Assembly (NCBI GenBank): GCA_963555975.3
Contig: OY821663.2
Location: forward strand, 1,785,278-1,849,277
Source: Dehalococcoidia bacterium
GTDB lineage: Bacteria; Chloroflexota; Dehalococcoidia; Lucifugimonadales; UBA2985
DNA length: 64,000 nt
Reading direction: 5' to 3'
The notes below the pieces were generated by a model. That model made no database searches. It saw nothing but the letters and a program-made list of their open reading frames with translations, and was not told the origin of the DNA. The number at the start of each line of letters is the position of its first letter. The first letter of the stretch is position 1. Shown here in pieces: positions 21,001 to 32,707 of the stretch. Made by a program: the position numbers and the translations under genes.

Positions 21001-24000
21001 TTGCAGACCATCATGCCCCCACTGCCACAACGCGCCCAGGGCCTGTACGACCCCAGGTTTGAGCGCGACGCCTGCGGCGTTGGCCTCGTTGCCAACGTAA
21101 GCGGCCTCAAGTCCCATGACGTGCTGGAGAAGGGACTCGAGGTGCTGGAGAACCTGGCCCACCGCGGGGCCTGCGGCTGCGACCCGCTCACCGGAGACGG
21201 CGCGGGCGCGCTGATACAACTGCCGCACGACTTCTTCCGCGACAGGTGCGCGGAGCTGGGAATCGACCTGCCCGCGCCGGGCGAGTACGGCGTGGGCATG
21301 GTGTTCCTGCCGCCGGACGCCGAGCGCCGCCATGCCTGCGAACTGCTGGTGCAGCAGGCAATCGAGGCGGAGGGGCAGCGGCTCCTGGGCTGGCGGGACG
21401 TGCCCGTGGACGCATCCGCCATCGGCGAGATTGCGCGGGAGTCGCAGCCGTTCATCCGGCAGGTGTTCGTGGGCCGCGGCCCCGGCACGGCCGACGAGGC
21501 ACACTTTGAGCGCAAGCTGTACGTCATCCGCAAGGTGGTGGAGCGCGCGATAGAGGCCGCGGACGAGGAGTCCCGCCGCCACTTCTACGTGCCCAGCCTG
21601 TCCTGCAACCGCATCGTCTACAAGGGGCTGCTCATGGGCACGCAGTTGCGCGGCTTCTACCCCGACTTGGGTGACCCCGCCGTGGCGAGCGCGTTCGCAA
21701 TGGTTCACGCCCGCTTCAGCACCAACACCCTTGGCTCCTGGAGGCTGGCGCACCCGTACCGCCTCATCTGCCACAACGGCGAGATAAACACGCTCCGCGG
21801 CAACATCAACTGGATGACCGCGCGCCAAGCCATGTTCTCCTCGCCGCTGTTCGGCGACGATATGGAGAAGCTGTTTCCCGTCATCACGCCGAACGCCAGC
21901 GACACCGCCTGCTTCGACAACACGCTGGAGCTGCTGCTGGCAACGGGCCGCTCCCTGCCGCACGCGCTGATGATGATGATACCGGAGGCCACCGGCGAGC
22001 GCGTGGACATGTCGCAGGAGAAGCGCGACTTCTACGAGTACCACTCCTGCCTGATGGAGCCGTGGGACGGCCCCGCACTCATCGCCGCTACGGACGGCAA
22101 GAGCATAGGCATTGTGCTGGACCGCAACGGGCTGCGGCCGTTCCGCTACCTGGTCACCAAGTCGGACATGCTGGTGATGGCCTCAGAGGTGGGCGTGCTG
22201 GACGTGCCGCCGGAGGACGTCCGCTTCAAGGAGCGGATACACCCCGGCCGGATGTTCCTGCTGGACACGGAGGAGGCGCGCATCATCGGCGATGAGGAGC
22301 TTAAGGAGACGCTTTCGCAGCGCAAGCCCTACCACCAGTGGCTTGCCGACAACCGCGTAGAGCTGGACGCGCTGCCGGAAGCGCCCCCGCCTCCGCGCGT
22401 GGGCCTCGACTCGCTTGCCAGCCTCAAGCGCGCCTTCGGCTACACGCTGGAAGACCTGCAAATGCTCATGGAGCCGATGGCCGTGACCGGCGCTGAGCCG
22501 GTCGGCTCGATGGGCAACGACGCGCCGCTTGCCGTCCTCTCCGACAGGCCGCAGCTGCTGTTCAACTACTTCAAGCAGCTGTTCGCGCAGGTGTCCAACC
22601 CGCCGCTGGACGCGATACGCGAGGAGCTTGTGACCTCGCTGGAGGCGTTCATCGGCTCCGAGCAGAACCTGTTCGAGGAGACGCCGGAGCACTGCCACCA
22701 GTTGAAGCTCAGGGAGCCGATACTCACTGTCGCGGAGCTAGAGAAGCTGCGGAACGTGTCGGTTGGGCGGCTCCGCGCGACCACCTGCTCCATGCTGTTC
22801 GACACGGGCGAAGGCCCCGGCGCGCTGGAGCGCGCCGTCGAGCGGCTGTGCCGGGAGGCGCAGGCGGCCGTGGAGGCCGGCAGCTCAATCATCGTGCTGT
22901 CGGACCGGGGCGTGGACAGCCGCTACGCGCCCATTCCCAGCCTGCTCGCCACGGCAGCAGTACACCACCACCTGATACGCGAGGGCGTACGCACCAGGGT
23001 TGGCCTTGTGGTGGAGTCGGGCGAGCCGCGGGAGATCATGCACTTCTCGCTGCTCATCGGGTACGGCGCGGGCGCGGTATGCCCCTACCTGGCATACGAG
23101 ACCATCCACGAGATCGCAGAGCGGGAGGTGCCGCCGCTGCCCGTGGACGCCTACACCGCCGAAAAGAACTTCATCAAGGCGGTGAACAAGGGCGTGCTCA
23201 AGGTGATGTCCAAGATGGGCATTTCCACCGTGCAGAGCTACCGCGGCGCGCAGATATTCGAGGCCGTGGGCCTCAACGGCGACTTCATCGACCGCTACTT
23301 CACATGGACGGCCTCGCGCATCGGCGGGATAGGCGCGGACGCAATCGAGGAGGAGACACGCAGTCGCCACGCCTACGGCTACGCCGGCGGCCGCGTGGCG
23401 GGCGAGCCGGAGATAGACCCCGGCGGCGCCTACTACTGGCGGCGCGACGGCGAGTACCACATGTACAACCCGGAGACCATCTCGCTGTTGCAGCACGCCA
23501 CCGGCAGCAACGACTACGCAACCTACAAGCAGTTCGCAGCCCTGATAGACCAGCGGGAGCGGCAGCTGTCCACGCTGCGCGGCCTGCTGGACTTCAAGAC
23601 GCCGGAGCAGGCGATACCCATAGACGAGGTAGAACCGGCAATCGAGATCGTCAAGCGGTTTGCCACCGGCGCAATCTCGCTGGGCGCAATCAGCCGCGAG
23701 GCGCACGAGACGCTCGCCATCGCAACCAACCGCATCGGCGCAAAGAGCAACACCGGCGAGGGCGGCGAGGACTATCGTCGCTTCACGCCGGACGCCAACG
23801 GCGACTCCCGCGCCAGCGCGATCAAACAGGTGGCCTCCGGCCGCTTCGGCGTGACCACCAACTACCTGGTGAACGCAACAGACCTGCAAATCAAGATGGC
23901 GCAGGGTTCCAAGCCCGGCGAGGGCGGCCAGCTCCCCGGCCACAAGGTGGACGACTACATCGGCTGGATACGGCACACCACGCCCGGCGTGGAGCTGATC

Positions 24001-25557
24001 TCGCCGCCGCCTCACCACGACATCTACTCTATCGAGGATCTGGCGCAGCTCATCCACGACCTGAAGAACGTCAACCCGGAGGCCAGGGTTCACGTGAAGC
24101 TGGTGGCGGAGGTTGGCGTGGGCATCATCGCCGCGGGCGTGTCCAAGGGCCACGGCGACGTGGTGCTCATCAGCGGCGACAGCGGCGGCACCGGCGCATC
24201 GCCGGAGTCGTCAATCAAGCACGCGGGCCTGCCGTGGGAGCTTGGCCTTGCGGAGACGCACCAGGTGCTGCTGATGAACGACCTGCGCGGCCGCATCGTC
24301 GTGCAGTCGGACGGCCAGCTGAAGACGGGGCGGGACGTGGCTGTCGCCTGCCTGCTGGGCGCGGAGGAGTTCGGATTCGCCACTGCGCCGCTCATCACGC
24401 TGGGCTGCATCATGCTGCGCAAGTGCCACCTGAACACGTGCTCCGTGGGCATTGCCACGCAGAACCCGGAGCTTCGCAGGCGGTTCGCGGGCCAGCCGGA
24501 GGCGGTGATCAACTACTTCTTCTTCGTGGCGGAGCACCTGCGGGAGATCATGGCGCAGACGGGGTTCCGCACCGTGAACGAGATGGTGGGCCGCATGGAC
24601 AGGCTGGAGCCGGGCCGGGCCATCGAGCACTGGAAGGCGCGCGGCCTGGACATAACGCCCATGCTGCACCTGCCGGACGTGCCGGACAGCGTGGCAACCT
24701 ACTGCTGCCAGGCGCAGGATCACGGCCTAGAGCTCGCGCTCGACCACACGCTGATAGAGCTGGCGCGGCCCGCGCTGGAGAATGCGGAGCCTGTCGAGAT
24801 CCAGTTGCCCATCCGCAACTCCAACCGCGTTGTTGCTACAATGCTCAGCGGCGAGGTCGCCAAGCGGTACGGCGAGGACGGCCTGCCGGACGACACAATC
24901 CGCGTCGGCTTCAAGGGTTCCGCGGGGCAGAGCTTCGGCGCGTTCCAGGCAAGGGGAATCTCGCTCACGCTGGAGGGTGACGCCAACGACTACTTCTCCA
25001 AGGGCATCTCCGGCGGCCGCGTGGCCGTGTATCCCCCGGTGGCGTCAACCTTTGTGCCGGAGGAGAACATCATCGTGGGCAACGTGGCGTTGTACGGCGC
25101 AACGGGCGGCCGCGCCTTCATCCGCGGCATGGCGGGCGAGCGGTTCGCCGTGCGAAACAGCGGCGCGCAGGCGGTGGTGGAGGGCGTGGGCGACCACGGC
25201 TGCGAGTACATGACCGGCGGCCGCGTGGTGGTGCTTGGGCCTACGGGGCGCAACTTTGCCGCGGGCATGAGCGGCGGCATCGCCTATGTGCTGGACGAGG
25301 ACGGCGGCTTCCCGGCTCGCTGCAACCTGGACATGGTGGCGCTGGAGCCGGTGGTCGGCGAGGAGGACCGGTCGATACTGCGCGGCCTCATCGAGGAGCA
25401 CCTGGCGCTCACGGGCAGCGCCAACGCCCGCCGCGTGCTGGACGGCTGGGGTGAGATGGTGAATCGCTTCGTCAAGGTCTACCCGAACGACTTCAGGCGG
25501 GTTGTGGAGGAGCGCAGGGCGCTTGGCCTTCCCGCCGAAGGTGCGCCAGTTGGGTAA
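21001..25557 (+). CDS. gltB: glutamate synthase large subunit
   Basis: About 1515 aa. Ntn amidotransferase Cys in [11 protein letters not shown], an FMN/Fe-S central domain and a C-terminal GXGXG beta-helix. The start is either TTG 21001 or ATG 21013. Confidence 0.95.
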   Translation: MQTIMPPLPQRAQGLYDPRFERDACGVGLVANVSGLKSHDVLEKGLEVLENLAHRGACGCDPLTGDGAGALIQLPHDFFRDRCAELGIDLPAPGEYGVGMVFLPPDAERRHACELLVQQAIEAEGQRLLGWRDVPVDASAIGEIARESQPFIRQVFVGRGPGTADEAHFERKLYVIRKVVERAIEAADEESRRHFYVPSLSCNRIVYKGLLMGTQLRGFYPDLGDPAVASAFAMVHARFSTNTLGSWRLAHPYRLICHNGEINTLRGNINWMTARQAMFSSPLFGDDMEKLFPVITPNASDTACFDNTLELLLATGRSLPHALMMMIPEATGERVDMSQEKRDFYEYHSCLMEPWDGPALIAATDGKSIGIVLDRNGLRPFRYLVTKSDMLVMASEVGVLDVPPEDVRFKERIHPGRMFLLDTEEARIIGDEELKETLSQRKPYHQWLADNRVELDALPEAPPPPRVGLDSLASLKRAFGYTLEDLQMLMEPMAVTGAEPVGSMGNDAPLAVLSDRPQLLFNYFKQLFAQVSNPPLDAIREELVTSLEAFIGSEQNLFEETPEHCHQLKLREPILTVAELEKLRNVSVGRLRATTCSMLFDTGEGPGALERAVERLCREAQAAVEAGSSIIVLSDRGVDSRYAPIPSLLATAAVHHHLIREGVRTRVGLVVESGEPREIMHFSLLIGYGAGAVCPYLAYETIHEIAEREVPPLPVDAYTAEKNFIKAVNKGVLKVMSKMGISTVQSYRGAQIFEAVGLNGDFIDRYFTWTASRIGGIGADAIEEETRSRHAYGYAGGRVAGEPEIDPGGAYYWRRDGEYHMYNPETISLLQHATGSNDYATYKQFAALIDQRERQLSTLRGLLDFKTPEQAIPIDEVEPAIEIVKRFATGAISLGAISREAHETLAIATNRIGAKSNTGEGGEDYRRFTPDANGDSRASAIKQVASGRFGVTTNYLVNATDLQIKMAQGSKPGEGGQLPGHKVDDYIGWIRHTTPGVELISPPPHHDIYSIEDLAQLIHDLKNVNPEARVHVKLVAEVGVGIIAAGVSKGHGDVVLISGDSGGTGASPESSIKHAGLPWELGLAETHQVLLMNDLRGRIVVQSDGQLKTGRDVAVACLLGAEEFGFATAPLITLGCIMLRKCHLNTCSVGIATQNPELRRRFAGQPEAVINYFFFVAEHLREIMAQTGFRTVNEMVGRMDRLEPGRAIEHWKARGLDITPMLHLPDVPDSVATYCCQAQDHGLELALDHTLIELARPALENAEPVEIQLPIRNSNRVVATMLSGEVAKRYGEDGLPDDTIRVGFKGSAGQSFGAFQARGISLTLEGDANDYFSKGISGGRVAVYPPVASTFVPEENIIVGNVALYGATGGRAFIRGMAGERFAVRNSGAQAVVEGVGDHGCEYMTGGRVVVLGPTGRNFAAGMSGGIAYVLDEDGGFPARCNLDMVALEPVVGEEDRSILRGLIEEHLALTGSANARRVLDGWGEMVNRFVKVYPNDFRRVVEERRALGLPAEGAPVG

Positions 25558-27001
25558 GCCGACCGGTTTCATCGAGTTTGCAAGACGGCCTCCCCCGCGC
25601 CGGGACGTGCGCGAGCGGCTGAAGGACTCCCGCGAGTTCTACCTGGACTGGTCGGAGCAGGAAGCCCGCGACCAGGGCGCGCGCTGCATGAACTGCGCCG
25701 TCCCCTTCTGCCACACCGGCTGCCCGCTTGGCAACCTGATACCGGAGTGGAACGACCTGGTCTACCGCGGCGACTGGCACGGCGCGCTCGCACGGCTGCA
25801 CACCACCAACAACTTCCCGGAGTTCACGGGGCGAATCTGCCCCGCGCCCTGCGAGCCGGCCTGCGTCCTCTCCATCAACGAGCATCCCGTCACCATCGAG
25901 TACATCGAGAAGGCGATTGCAGACCGCGGCTACCGTGAGGGCTGGATCAAGCCGGAGCCGCCCGCGCAACGCACGGGCAAGCGCGTTGCGGTAGTCGGCT
26001 CCGGGCCGGCGGGCATGGCCGCCGCGCAGCAGCTCAACCGCGCCGGCCACTTGGTGACGCTCTACGAGCGGGACGAGTCCATCGGCGGCCTGCTGCGCCT
26101 GGGCATCCCCGACTTCAAGCTGGAGAAGCAGGTGGTGCAGCGCCGCGTGGACATCATGGCCGCGGAGGGCGTCCGCTTCGAGACGGGCGTCAACGTTGGC
26201 TACGATCTTACGGCGGCCGACCTTCGCAGCGGCTTCGACGCCGTGTGCCTGACCATCGGCGCAGGCGCCGCCCGCGAGCTGCCCGTGCCGGGCCGCGACC
26301 TGGACGGCGTCCACCTGGCGATGGAGTACCTGACGCAGCAGAACCGGCGAATCGCCGGGCGCAGCTACAGCGAGCAGGACACCATCACGGCGGAGGGCAA
26401 GCGCGTCATCATCCTGGGCGGCGGCGACACGGGCGCGGACTGCCTGGGCACGGCGCATCGGCAGGGCGCGGAGGTGGTCTACCAGCTGGAGCTTCTGCCT
26501 CAGCCGCCGGAGCATCGCCGCTCGAGCAACCCGTGGCCGCAGTGGCCGCTGATTCTTCGCACGTCGGCCGCCCACGAGGAGGGCGGCATCCGCGATTACA
26601 ACGTGATGACCAAGAGTCTGAGCGGGCGCAACGGACGGCTGGAGGCGCTGAACGCGGTGCGCGTGGAGTGGGGGCCGCCGGACGAGACGGGCCGGCCCAC
26701 GATGCGCGAGGTGGAGGGCAGCGAGTTCTCGGTGGGCGTTGACCTGCTGCTGCTGGCGATGGGGTTCGTGAGCCCGGAGCGCCCGGGCATCGTGACCGAC
26801 TTGGGCGTGGAGCTTGACGGCCGCGGCAACATTGCGACGAACGCGGAGCGGATGTCGAGCGTGCCGGGCGTGTTCGCGGCTGGCGACAGCGTGCGAGGCG
26901 CGTCGCTGGTGGTGTGGGCGATAGCAGAGGGCCGCCAAGCCGCGCACGGCATAGACAAGTACCTCATGGGCCACAGCAGCCTGCCGAGCGTAAGAGTGTA
27001 G
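25550..27001 (+). CDS. gltD: glutamate synthase small subunit (NAD(P)H)
   Basis: A TTG start gives (M)GKPTGFIEF, the canonical GltD N-terminus, and overlaps the gltB stop. It has Fe-S cysteines ([14 protein letters not shown]) and two dinucleotide folds ([20 protein letters not shown]). Confidence 0.92.
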   Translation: MGKPTGFIEFARRPPPRRDVRERLKDSREFYLDWSEQEARDQGARCMNCAVPFCHTGCPLGNLIPEWNDLVYRGDWHGALARLHTTNNFPEFTGRICPAPCEPACVLSINEHPVTIEYIEKAIADRGYREGWIKPEPPAQRTGKRVAVVGSGPAGMAAAQQLNRAGHLVTLYERDESIGGLLRLGIPDFKLEKQVVQRRVDIMAAEGVRFETGVNVGYDLTAADLRSGFDAVCLTIGAGAARELPVPGRDLDGVHLAMEYLTQQNRRIAGRSYSEQDTITAEGKRVIILGGGDTGADCLGTAHRQGAEVVYQLELLPQPPEHRRSSNPWPQWPLILRTSAAHEEGGIRDYNVMTKSLSGRNGRLEALNAVRVEWGPPDETGRPTMREVEGSEFSVGVDLLLLAMGFVSPERPGIVTDLGVELDGRGNIATNAERMSSVPGVFAAGDSVRGASLVVWAIAEGRQAAHGIDKYLMGHSSLPSVRV

Positions 27002-27009
27002 GGGGGGGC

Positions 27010-28797
27010 TTAGCCCCACTTGGGGGAGTCCGGCCCAGGCCAGTGCTCAGCTATCAGCTTAGCCATTTCCGCGCTCCGGGACGTGATTGATTCCTCGTCC
27101 CAAGCAGACTGATCCCTCAGTTCGCGGTTCATGTTCATCACGCTGTGGGTCAGAAGCGCGTCTCGCTTGTCTTTCCAAGCAGCGTTCGACAATGATGAGT
27201 TGAGCTTCCGCGTCACCAAGGTGAGATTCCCGATGGTGTGAATAATCTCATTCCGCTTTTGAGCGGCCAGTTCCCTTTCCGGCGCGTCTGCGATGGTCCA
27301 GTTCTGGCCCCAACTGACGGGCATCAGGTGCTCAATCGTTAGATTCTTTGGCACGTCCGGTTGCTCGGCCTTCTCCGAGCGCCTCTGGCTCTCTATCCCT
27401 TCAAGCACTATGCGCAACCTGCCCCGCGTAAGCAGCCTGTACAGGGGCAAAGTCATCAATGAGCTGGCAACCCCATCGTCAGATAGCCACACTCTGGAGT
27501 ACGCTGTCTGTTCCTTCAGGAAATCCCGCACAACTCTGTCAGCCTCGTCTAGACCACTGTTTAGCAACCTCGAAGCAAGTTCTATAGTCAGACGGTTGTA
27601 GTCCTTCGCAGTCTGTCGGCATACCATACGACGCACCAGATAGCTCTCTAATGCGCGGAAAGCGCCGATCCTCTTGTCGTGCTCAGCAGACAACAGAAGC
27701 AACAAGACAGGCGTGAAGACTCCCACTTGCATCACATCCATTCGGTAGTAGAACTGCTCTTCTTCGGGAGAGCGAAGCCCCATCTCGAAATTTTGGTAGT
27801 TGACCAAGTCTTTCCTGACATCTGACATCAGGGCATCAACGGGCACGACATCCGCACATCTGCGGAACACGTCGAACACTCTCGACGGCGGTACTTCCGG
27901 TGTAGGAATTTCTGAACTCGTGCGCATAATGAGCCAGTAATTCAAGAGCATATCCAGTCTTGGGCGGAATAACCGTCCCTGTCTGACTTCACGTCTCCAC
28001 CACGCGGTGTCCAGACCTTCCCACACGCCCAGCCCCTTCGGCGACTGAGCCAGAACGTAGTTCTTGATAAGGTCCGATTGCTCAAGCGGTGTTCCCCGAG
28101 CGTTCAAGGTCTCAAAGATTACGTTGGGTTCATCTCGAAAATCAAGGTCAATGACGACCATTTGGAGCAGAGTTGTTACAACAGTCTCCAGAGCGTCAAC
28201 TCTATCACCCACCGAGCCTGCGGTATCGTCAAGCCATTTGCTGACTTGTTGCTGAAAGAACTCGTGTGCCTGGACAATGAGAGATTCTTCGAAGTCGTTG
28301 ATTGCCAGGCCGTTGTCCATGGCGTGCCTGAACGCATCTCTATCGGTTCGGGTTGGCCATAGCTTAAAGACGTGGTGGCTTCCGTCCTCCACAAGATCCG
28401 GGTCATTTGTGACCAGCTTCGACAAACGCGTTGCGGGCGGCCTAAGGTGCCGCTCTTCGCAAATCACCTGAATCGCATCCAACAGGAGCTGGAGTGTGGT
28501 TACTCTCTGCTGCCCATCTATAACCTCTCGCTGCTCAATATACTTGGCTGGTGTGGGAACCTGTTGCAGAACAACCGCTCCGAGGAAGTGTGGCTTTGTT
28601 TGCTGCTGAGCCTTGACATCATCGTTGTCAAATCGCTCCAGTTGCTCCAAGTACTCCTCGGCCACATCACGCACATCGCTCCAGAGAGGCTCCCACTGGC
28701 GTTCATGAGTCCACACGTAAGGACGCTGAAACTCCGGTATGATGTACCGGATGTCCCTTTGGAATAAGGCCTTGGGAGTCAGAATGTTGGTATCCAT
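27010..28797 (-). CDS. GmrSD-like DUF262/DUF1524 protein (putative modification-dependent type IV restriction enzyme)
   Basis: N-terminal DUF262 signature RYIIPEFQRPYVW. C-terminal His-Me/DUF1524 signature IEHLMPVSW...IGNLTLVTRKLNSSLSN. It is an AT-richer gene. Confidence 0.8.
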   Translation of the reverse strand: MDTNILTPKALFQRDIRYIIPEFQRPYVWTHERQWEPLWSDVRDVAEEYLEQLERFDNDDVKAQQQTKPHFLGAVVLQQVPTPAKYIEQREVIDGQQRVTTLQLLLDAIQVICEERHLRPPATRLSKLVTNDPDLVEDGSHHVFKLWPTRTDRDAFRHAMDNGLAINDFEESLIVQAHEFFQQQVSKWLDDTAGSVGDRVDALETVVTTLLQMVVIDLDFRDEPNVIFETLNARGTPLEQSDLIKNYVLAQSPKGLGVWEGLDTAWWRREVRQGRLFRPRLDMLLNYWLIMRTSSEIPTPEVPPSRVFDVFRRCADVVPVDALMSDVRKDLVNYQNFEMGLRSPEEEQFYYRMDVMQVGVFTPVLLLLLSAEHDKRIGAFRALESYLVRRMVCRQTAKDYNRLTIELASRLLNSGLDEADRVVRDFLKEQTAYSRVWLSDDGVASSLMTLPLYRLLTRGRLRIVLEGIESQRRSEKAEQPDVPKNLTIEHLMPVSWGQNWTIADAPERELAAQKRNEIIHTIGNLTLVTRKLNSSLSNAAWKDKRDALLTHSVMNMNRELRDQSAWDEESITSRSAEMAKLIAEHWPGPDSPKWG

Positions 28798-28949
28798 ATT
28801 GGGCCTCTTTGCGTCCCTTAGTTTGCCGGACTAACGCAAGCTGAATTGTATCATTGAACCGAACGTATACCAAGAGGAATTGTTCCGAGGCTGCAGTCGA
28901 TTTTCCCTATTACCCACCCAAACCGGGCGATGTCGCACGCGCGTTTGCC

Positions 28950-28978
28950 TTGACATATTGTAACATTTGTGATATAAT
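28950..28978 (+). promoter_or_regulatory. consensus sigma70 promoter (TTGACA-17-TATAAT with extended -10 TG)
   Basis: TTGACA at 28950-28955 and TATAAT at 28973-28978, with TG at 28970-28971. It lies about 60 nt upstream of the ORF at 29038. Confidence 0.65.
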
Positions 28979-29037
28979 ATTAGTTTCCTCAGTGTTGGAA
29001 GCCGACAATACATCGAGACAGAAGGGAGTAGCGCATC

Positions 29038-29337
29038 TTGAGAGACCGACTGTTTGAAGAGTTTGACCTGACTAACCACGCGCAGTTGCGAAACCAACAA
29101 CGGGGCATCAGCCCCCTTGCGCTTTCCCTGGTCTTGCGTTTTGGTAAGCGTAAGCGGACTAGGGATGGGTTCAGCTACGCTATGGACCGCAAGGGTCGCC
29201 TCCGGGCCAAGGAAGCCCTGGGTACTGAGGCTGACATACAAGTTTTGGACAAGCTCGACTTCTATATTGTGGTGGCACGAGACGGCGAGTCCGTGATTAC
29301 GGCAGCCCCTAGGCTCAGGCGGCACAGGAACAACTAG
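29038..29337 (+). CDS. DUF4258-like small protein (possible toxin-type module)
   Basis: TTG start is preceded by GAAGGGAG. The pattern LTNHAQLRNQQRGISPLALSLVLRFG resembles the DUF4258 N-terminal signature (HAxxRMxxRGIS). This is recollection only. Confidence 0.4.
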   Translation: MRDRLFEEFDLTNHAQLRNQQRGISPLALSLVLRFGKRKRTRDGFSYAMDRKGRLRAKEALGTEADIQVLDKLDFYIVVARDGESVITAAPRLRRHRNN

Positions 29338-29354
29338 CGTCCGCCGCGCCCCCC

Positions 29355-29789
29355 CTACGAAGGCCGGAACACCGGCAGGCTAATCTCGTCCGTGCGGTCT
29401 TCCCACGCGAGTTCTACGGCCATGCCGATGCGGATCGTCTTCGCCGGGTTCGCGGGGTCGGCCTCCACGCCCACCAGGTTGGTGGGCATACGGCAGCCCT
29501 CCTCCAGGTCCACCATCGCCACCACGAACGGCACGTCCTCCGCCCAGCCGCGATGCGGCGGCCTCACCACGATGCCGAACGTGTGCAGCGTGCCCCGGCC
29601 TGAGCACTGAATCCACTCCGTGTTGCGAGAGAAGCAGTCCGGGCAGATGTCCCGCGGGTAGAAGTAGGTTACCGGGCAGTCGTTGCAGCGGCGCACCCAC
29701 AGCTCGTGCTGGTGGCACTTGTCCCAGTAGAACTGCGTCTCCGGCGTGGGCGCAGGGAGCGGCTTTGTCGCTGGGCGTTGCTGTGTCAT
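29355..29789 (-). CDS. Zn-ribbon/OB-fold protein (DUF35 family)
   Basis: C-x2-C...C-x2-C ribbon (CNDCPVTYFYPRDICPDC) followed by an OB-fold region. This is the typical partner of SCP-x-type thiolases. Confidence 0.8.
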   Translation of the reverse strand: MTQQRPATKPLPAPTPETQFYWDKCHQHELWVRRCNDCPVTYFYPRDICPDCFSRNTEWIQCSGRGTLHTFGIVVRPPHRGWAEDVPFVVAMVDLEEGCRMPTNLVGVEADPANPAKTIRIGMAVELAWEDRTDEISLPVFRPS

Positions 29790-29811
29790 GTCTCCTCCCG
29801 GTAGCGGTCAA

Positions 29812-30990
29812 TCAGTCCCGTGCGAGAATCACGGTGCCGCCCGACGAAAGCGAGCCGCCCGTCCCGTGGCACATGGCGATGCGGCAGTCCTGAACCTGTC
29901 GAGCGCTGGCCTCGCCCCATAGCTGCCGCGCCGCCTCGATGACCAGGAAAATGCCGTATGCGCCGGGGTGCGTGTACGAGAGGCCGCCGCCGGACGTGTT
30001 CATGGGGAAGTCGCCGCCGGGCGCGGCGCGCTGCCCGCGCAGGAAGTCGGCGGCCTCGCCGCGGCCGCAGAAGCCCAGGCTCTCCAGCGTCAGCATCACC
30101 GTGTACGTGAACGAGTCGTATATCATCGCCAGATCGAAGTCGTCGTGCGTGACGCCGGCCATCTTGAAGGCTGCCGGGCCGGTCTCCCGCGCTATGAGCG
30201 ACGTGAGGCTGGGCATCTGGCTGATCATGCCGTGGTCGTGGCCCTCGCCCGCGCCCAGGATCCAGAGTGGCGGCTTCTTCAGGTCGCGGGCGCGCTCCGG
30301 CGTGGTGACGATGTATGCGCCGCCGGCATCGGTGACCAGGCAGCAGTCGAGCAGGTGGAACGGCCAGCATATCCAGCGCGAGGCGTGGTAGTCGTCGAAC
30401 GACATGGTTAGCGGTATCTCCGCCTTGGGGTCGTGAATGAGCGCGCGGGGGTTGAGCGCGGCCCACTTGCGGGTCGCCACGGCCACCTCGGACATGGCCT
30501 CGCGGCACCGCTCCTCGCCGAACTCGTGCATGTAGCGGGCGCAGGCCATGGCGTAGTTGATGGGCGCGCCCATGAAGCCGTAGGGCGTCTCGAACTGGCC
30601 GCCGGGCGAGCTTGGCCCGCCGCCCTCGGCCGCGCCCCCGCCGAAGAAGCGGCGCGAGTGGCCCGCGTTGCCGTGAACGACCAGCGCGACCTCGCAGTAG
30701 CCCGCGGCGATGGCGGCCAGGGCGTGGCCTGCGTGAATCACGAACGAGGAGCCGCCGACCTGGGTGCTGTCGGTGAAGCGCGGGTGGATGCCCATGTGCT
30801 CCGCCAGGCCAAGCGTGTTGCCGCCGGCGAAGATGGCGTCAACGTCCGCCTTGCGGAGGCCGGCGTCCTCCAGGGCGTTCCAGGCGGCCTCTGTGGATAG
30901 CTGGAGGTCGGACTTGCGATTCTCCAGGTAGCCGAGCTCGTCCGACTCCGCCGCGCCCACGATGGCCGCCGCTCTGCTGATGCTCGCCAC
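29812..30990 (-). CDS. thiolase-like protein (SCP-x/nonspecific lipid-transfer type)
   Basis: 392 aa with thiolase-fold composition and C-terminal GGGLS and CHGTGG-type motifs. It is encoded immediately upstream of DUF35. Confidence 0.75.
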   Translation of the reverse strand: MASISRAAAIVGAAESDELGYLENRKSDLQLSTEAAWNALEDAGLRKADVDAIFAGGNTLGLAEHMGIHPRFTDSTQVGGSSFVIHAGHALAAIAAGYCEVALVVHGNAGHSRRFFGGGAAEGGGPSSPGGQFETPYGFMGAPINYAMACARYMHEFGEERCREAMSEVAVATRKWAALNPRALIHDPKAEIPLTMSFDDYHASRWICWPFHLLDCCLVTDAGGAYIVTTPERARDLKKPPLWILGAGEGHDHGMISQMPSLTSLIARETGPAAFKMAGVTHDDFDLAMIYDSFTYTVMLTLESLGFCGRGEAADFLRGQRAAPGGDFPMNTSGGGLSYTHPGAYGIFLVIEAARQLWGEASARQVQDCRIAMCHGTGGSLSSGGTVILARD

Positions 30991-31224
30991 GCCTGCACCT
31001 CCGGGAGATTCGAGTGGAGCGGGCCGCGCCCGGCAGGCGGCGCCTGCTGTCGTCCCTGAGACGATGATAGAGAGTCGGCGGCGGTTTGTCCAGCGCTGCG
31101 GGCATACTTCAGGGGCGCGGTGGGCGAGGCGGAGTCATTGCCGCCGCTCGCGCAGTCTATTGGGATGTGGTAAAGTGAGAGTCTAACCCGGCTCCGGGTT
31201 CGCATTGGTGGAGAGGGAAGCGGC

Positions 31225-32700
31225 TTGATGAATCAATTTGCGGCGCAGTTGCGGTTCTGCCCCTTGGCCACGCTTGCCTTCGCGGTTGGGCTTCTCATTG
31301 TGGGTACAGCCTGTGCCAGACCGGCAGACGTTGCGACTGTCCCCTCAACTGCGCCTACGATAATCCGCGAGCCTCCGCCGCCAACGTCTACCCCCGTGCC
31401 CACCCCCACTACAACGCCAACTCAAGCACTGTCCACGCCTGCCCCCACGACAATGTACGCTGCAGAACCGCCCAGGGCCGATGGCGCGGCCTCTCCACCT
31501 GTGGAAGCGCGCATCTATGATTCCGACGTGGTGGTCCGGGCAACCCTATTGCCGGGAGAAAGCTATCCGGTGCGCTTCAAGGTAATCGAGTATCTCAAGG
31601 GCACGGGGCCAGCGGAGATCACGGTGAACGCCCAGAGGTATGGCAAAGACGGCCACGAGGCGGCGCTCTTTCTGAGCCGGACAAGTCCAGGCGAGTCCGG
31701 AGCTTCTAGCAGTGAATTCGTCTTCACGGAAGCGCACTTTCGTAAGCCGGGCGGCCATACCGTAGACTCCTTGGATCCGGCATGGCTGCCTGCAACGACG
31801 CCTACCGGTGCTTCCGCCAACGCGAGCGACACTGTGTACATAACAGACTCAGGGGTTGCCACCGGCGGCTCCCAGGAGACCATCTCCCTTTCCGCCCTTA
31901 AGGCCAAGATTGCGTGGATAGAGGGGGGAGAGAACGTCGGAGGGTATGACGAATGCCTCAATCGCGCGATTGGCTATCTGGAGAACCTGCGGGACTACGA
32001 AGCCTATTACGGGCGATCGAGGCCAATTAATGAGACTACGGAGCCACTGAATTCAGGCGTGGGCGCGGGGAGAGTCTTGCACGAGTACGGCCCCTACCGT
32101 GAAGCTGGATACAGCCTCATCTGGCTTACTGGCCAGGATGCCGACCTCTTCACCGCGGAGATTGTCGACGACAACAAGAGCTCCACTGACGGATATAAGG
32201 AGCGCGTTGCAACCGTCCGTCCACTGCCCGCAGGGGTGTACAGGTTCAGGGATCATGGGATCCTGTACCACTACATACCGTGCGGCTTCAATCCCAAAGA
32301 GGGCACGGGCCAACTGGACTGGACGGTCACCGTCACCGCACCCGCCGGTACGCTGCACGAGCTGTTCTTCGACCCGGTGACGGTGGGTTCCGCCGTTGCC
32401 GCGGACGCCACCAACGGCACGCTGAAGCCAACTGCGTTCACGGGCGCGGGCGGCGCGTCGGCCGCTATCGGGCGGATAGCGTATGAGTCTGGTCAAGTGA
32501 AGATCAAGGTTACGCCGGTCACTGCGCTTGCGTCTCAGGTGTTGGAGGTGATAGAGCTGGACGGAACGGGGTCGCTGTCGTTGAGCGTCTCCGCCGCCAC
32601 GGTTGACGCCGCGAACAACACGCTTAGCTGGACGGTGTCGTCTGCGCCGTGGCACAACGGTGACAAGCTGATGGTGCGGATACGCAAGGCCGAGGAGTGA
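31225..32700 (+). CDS. secreted/lipoprotein-like protein of unknown function, paralogue A
   Basis: Signal-anchor ending VGTAC, then a Pro/Thr-rich linker. The C-terminal ~118 aa are nearly identical to those of the next gene. Confidence 0.7.
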   Translation: MMNQFAAQLRFCPLATLAFAVGLLIVGTACARPADVATVPSTAPTIIREPPPPTSTPVPTPTTTPTQALSTPAPTTMYAAEPPRADGAASPPVEARIYDSDVVVRATLLPGESYPVRFKVIEYLKGTGPAEITVNAQRYGKDGHEAALFLSRTSPGESGASSSEFVFTEAHFRKPGGHTVDSLDPAWLPATTPTGASANASDTVYITDSGVATGGSQETISLSALKAKIAWIEGGENVGGYDECLNRAIGYLENLRDYEAYYGRSRPINETTEPLNSGVGAGRVLHEYGPYREAGYSLIWLTGQDADLFTAEIVDDNKSSTDGYKERVATVRPLPAGVYRFRDHGILYHYIPCGFNPKEGTGQLDWTVTVTAPAGTLHELFFDPVTVGSAVAADATNGTLKPTAFTGAGGASAAIGRIAYESGQVKIKVTPVTALASQVLEVIELDGTGSLSLSVSAATVDAANNTLSWTVSSAPWHNGDKLMVRIRKAEE

Positions 32701-32707
32701 CACGGCT

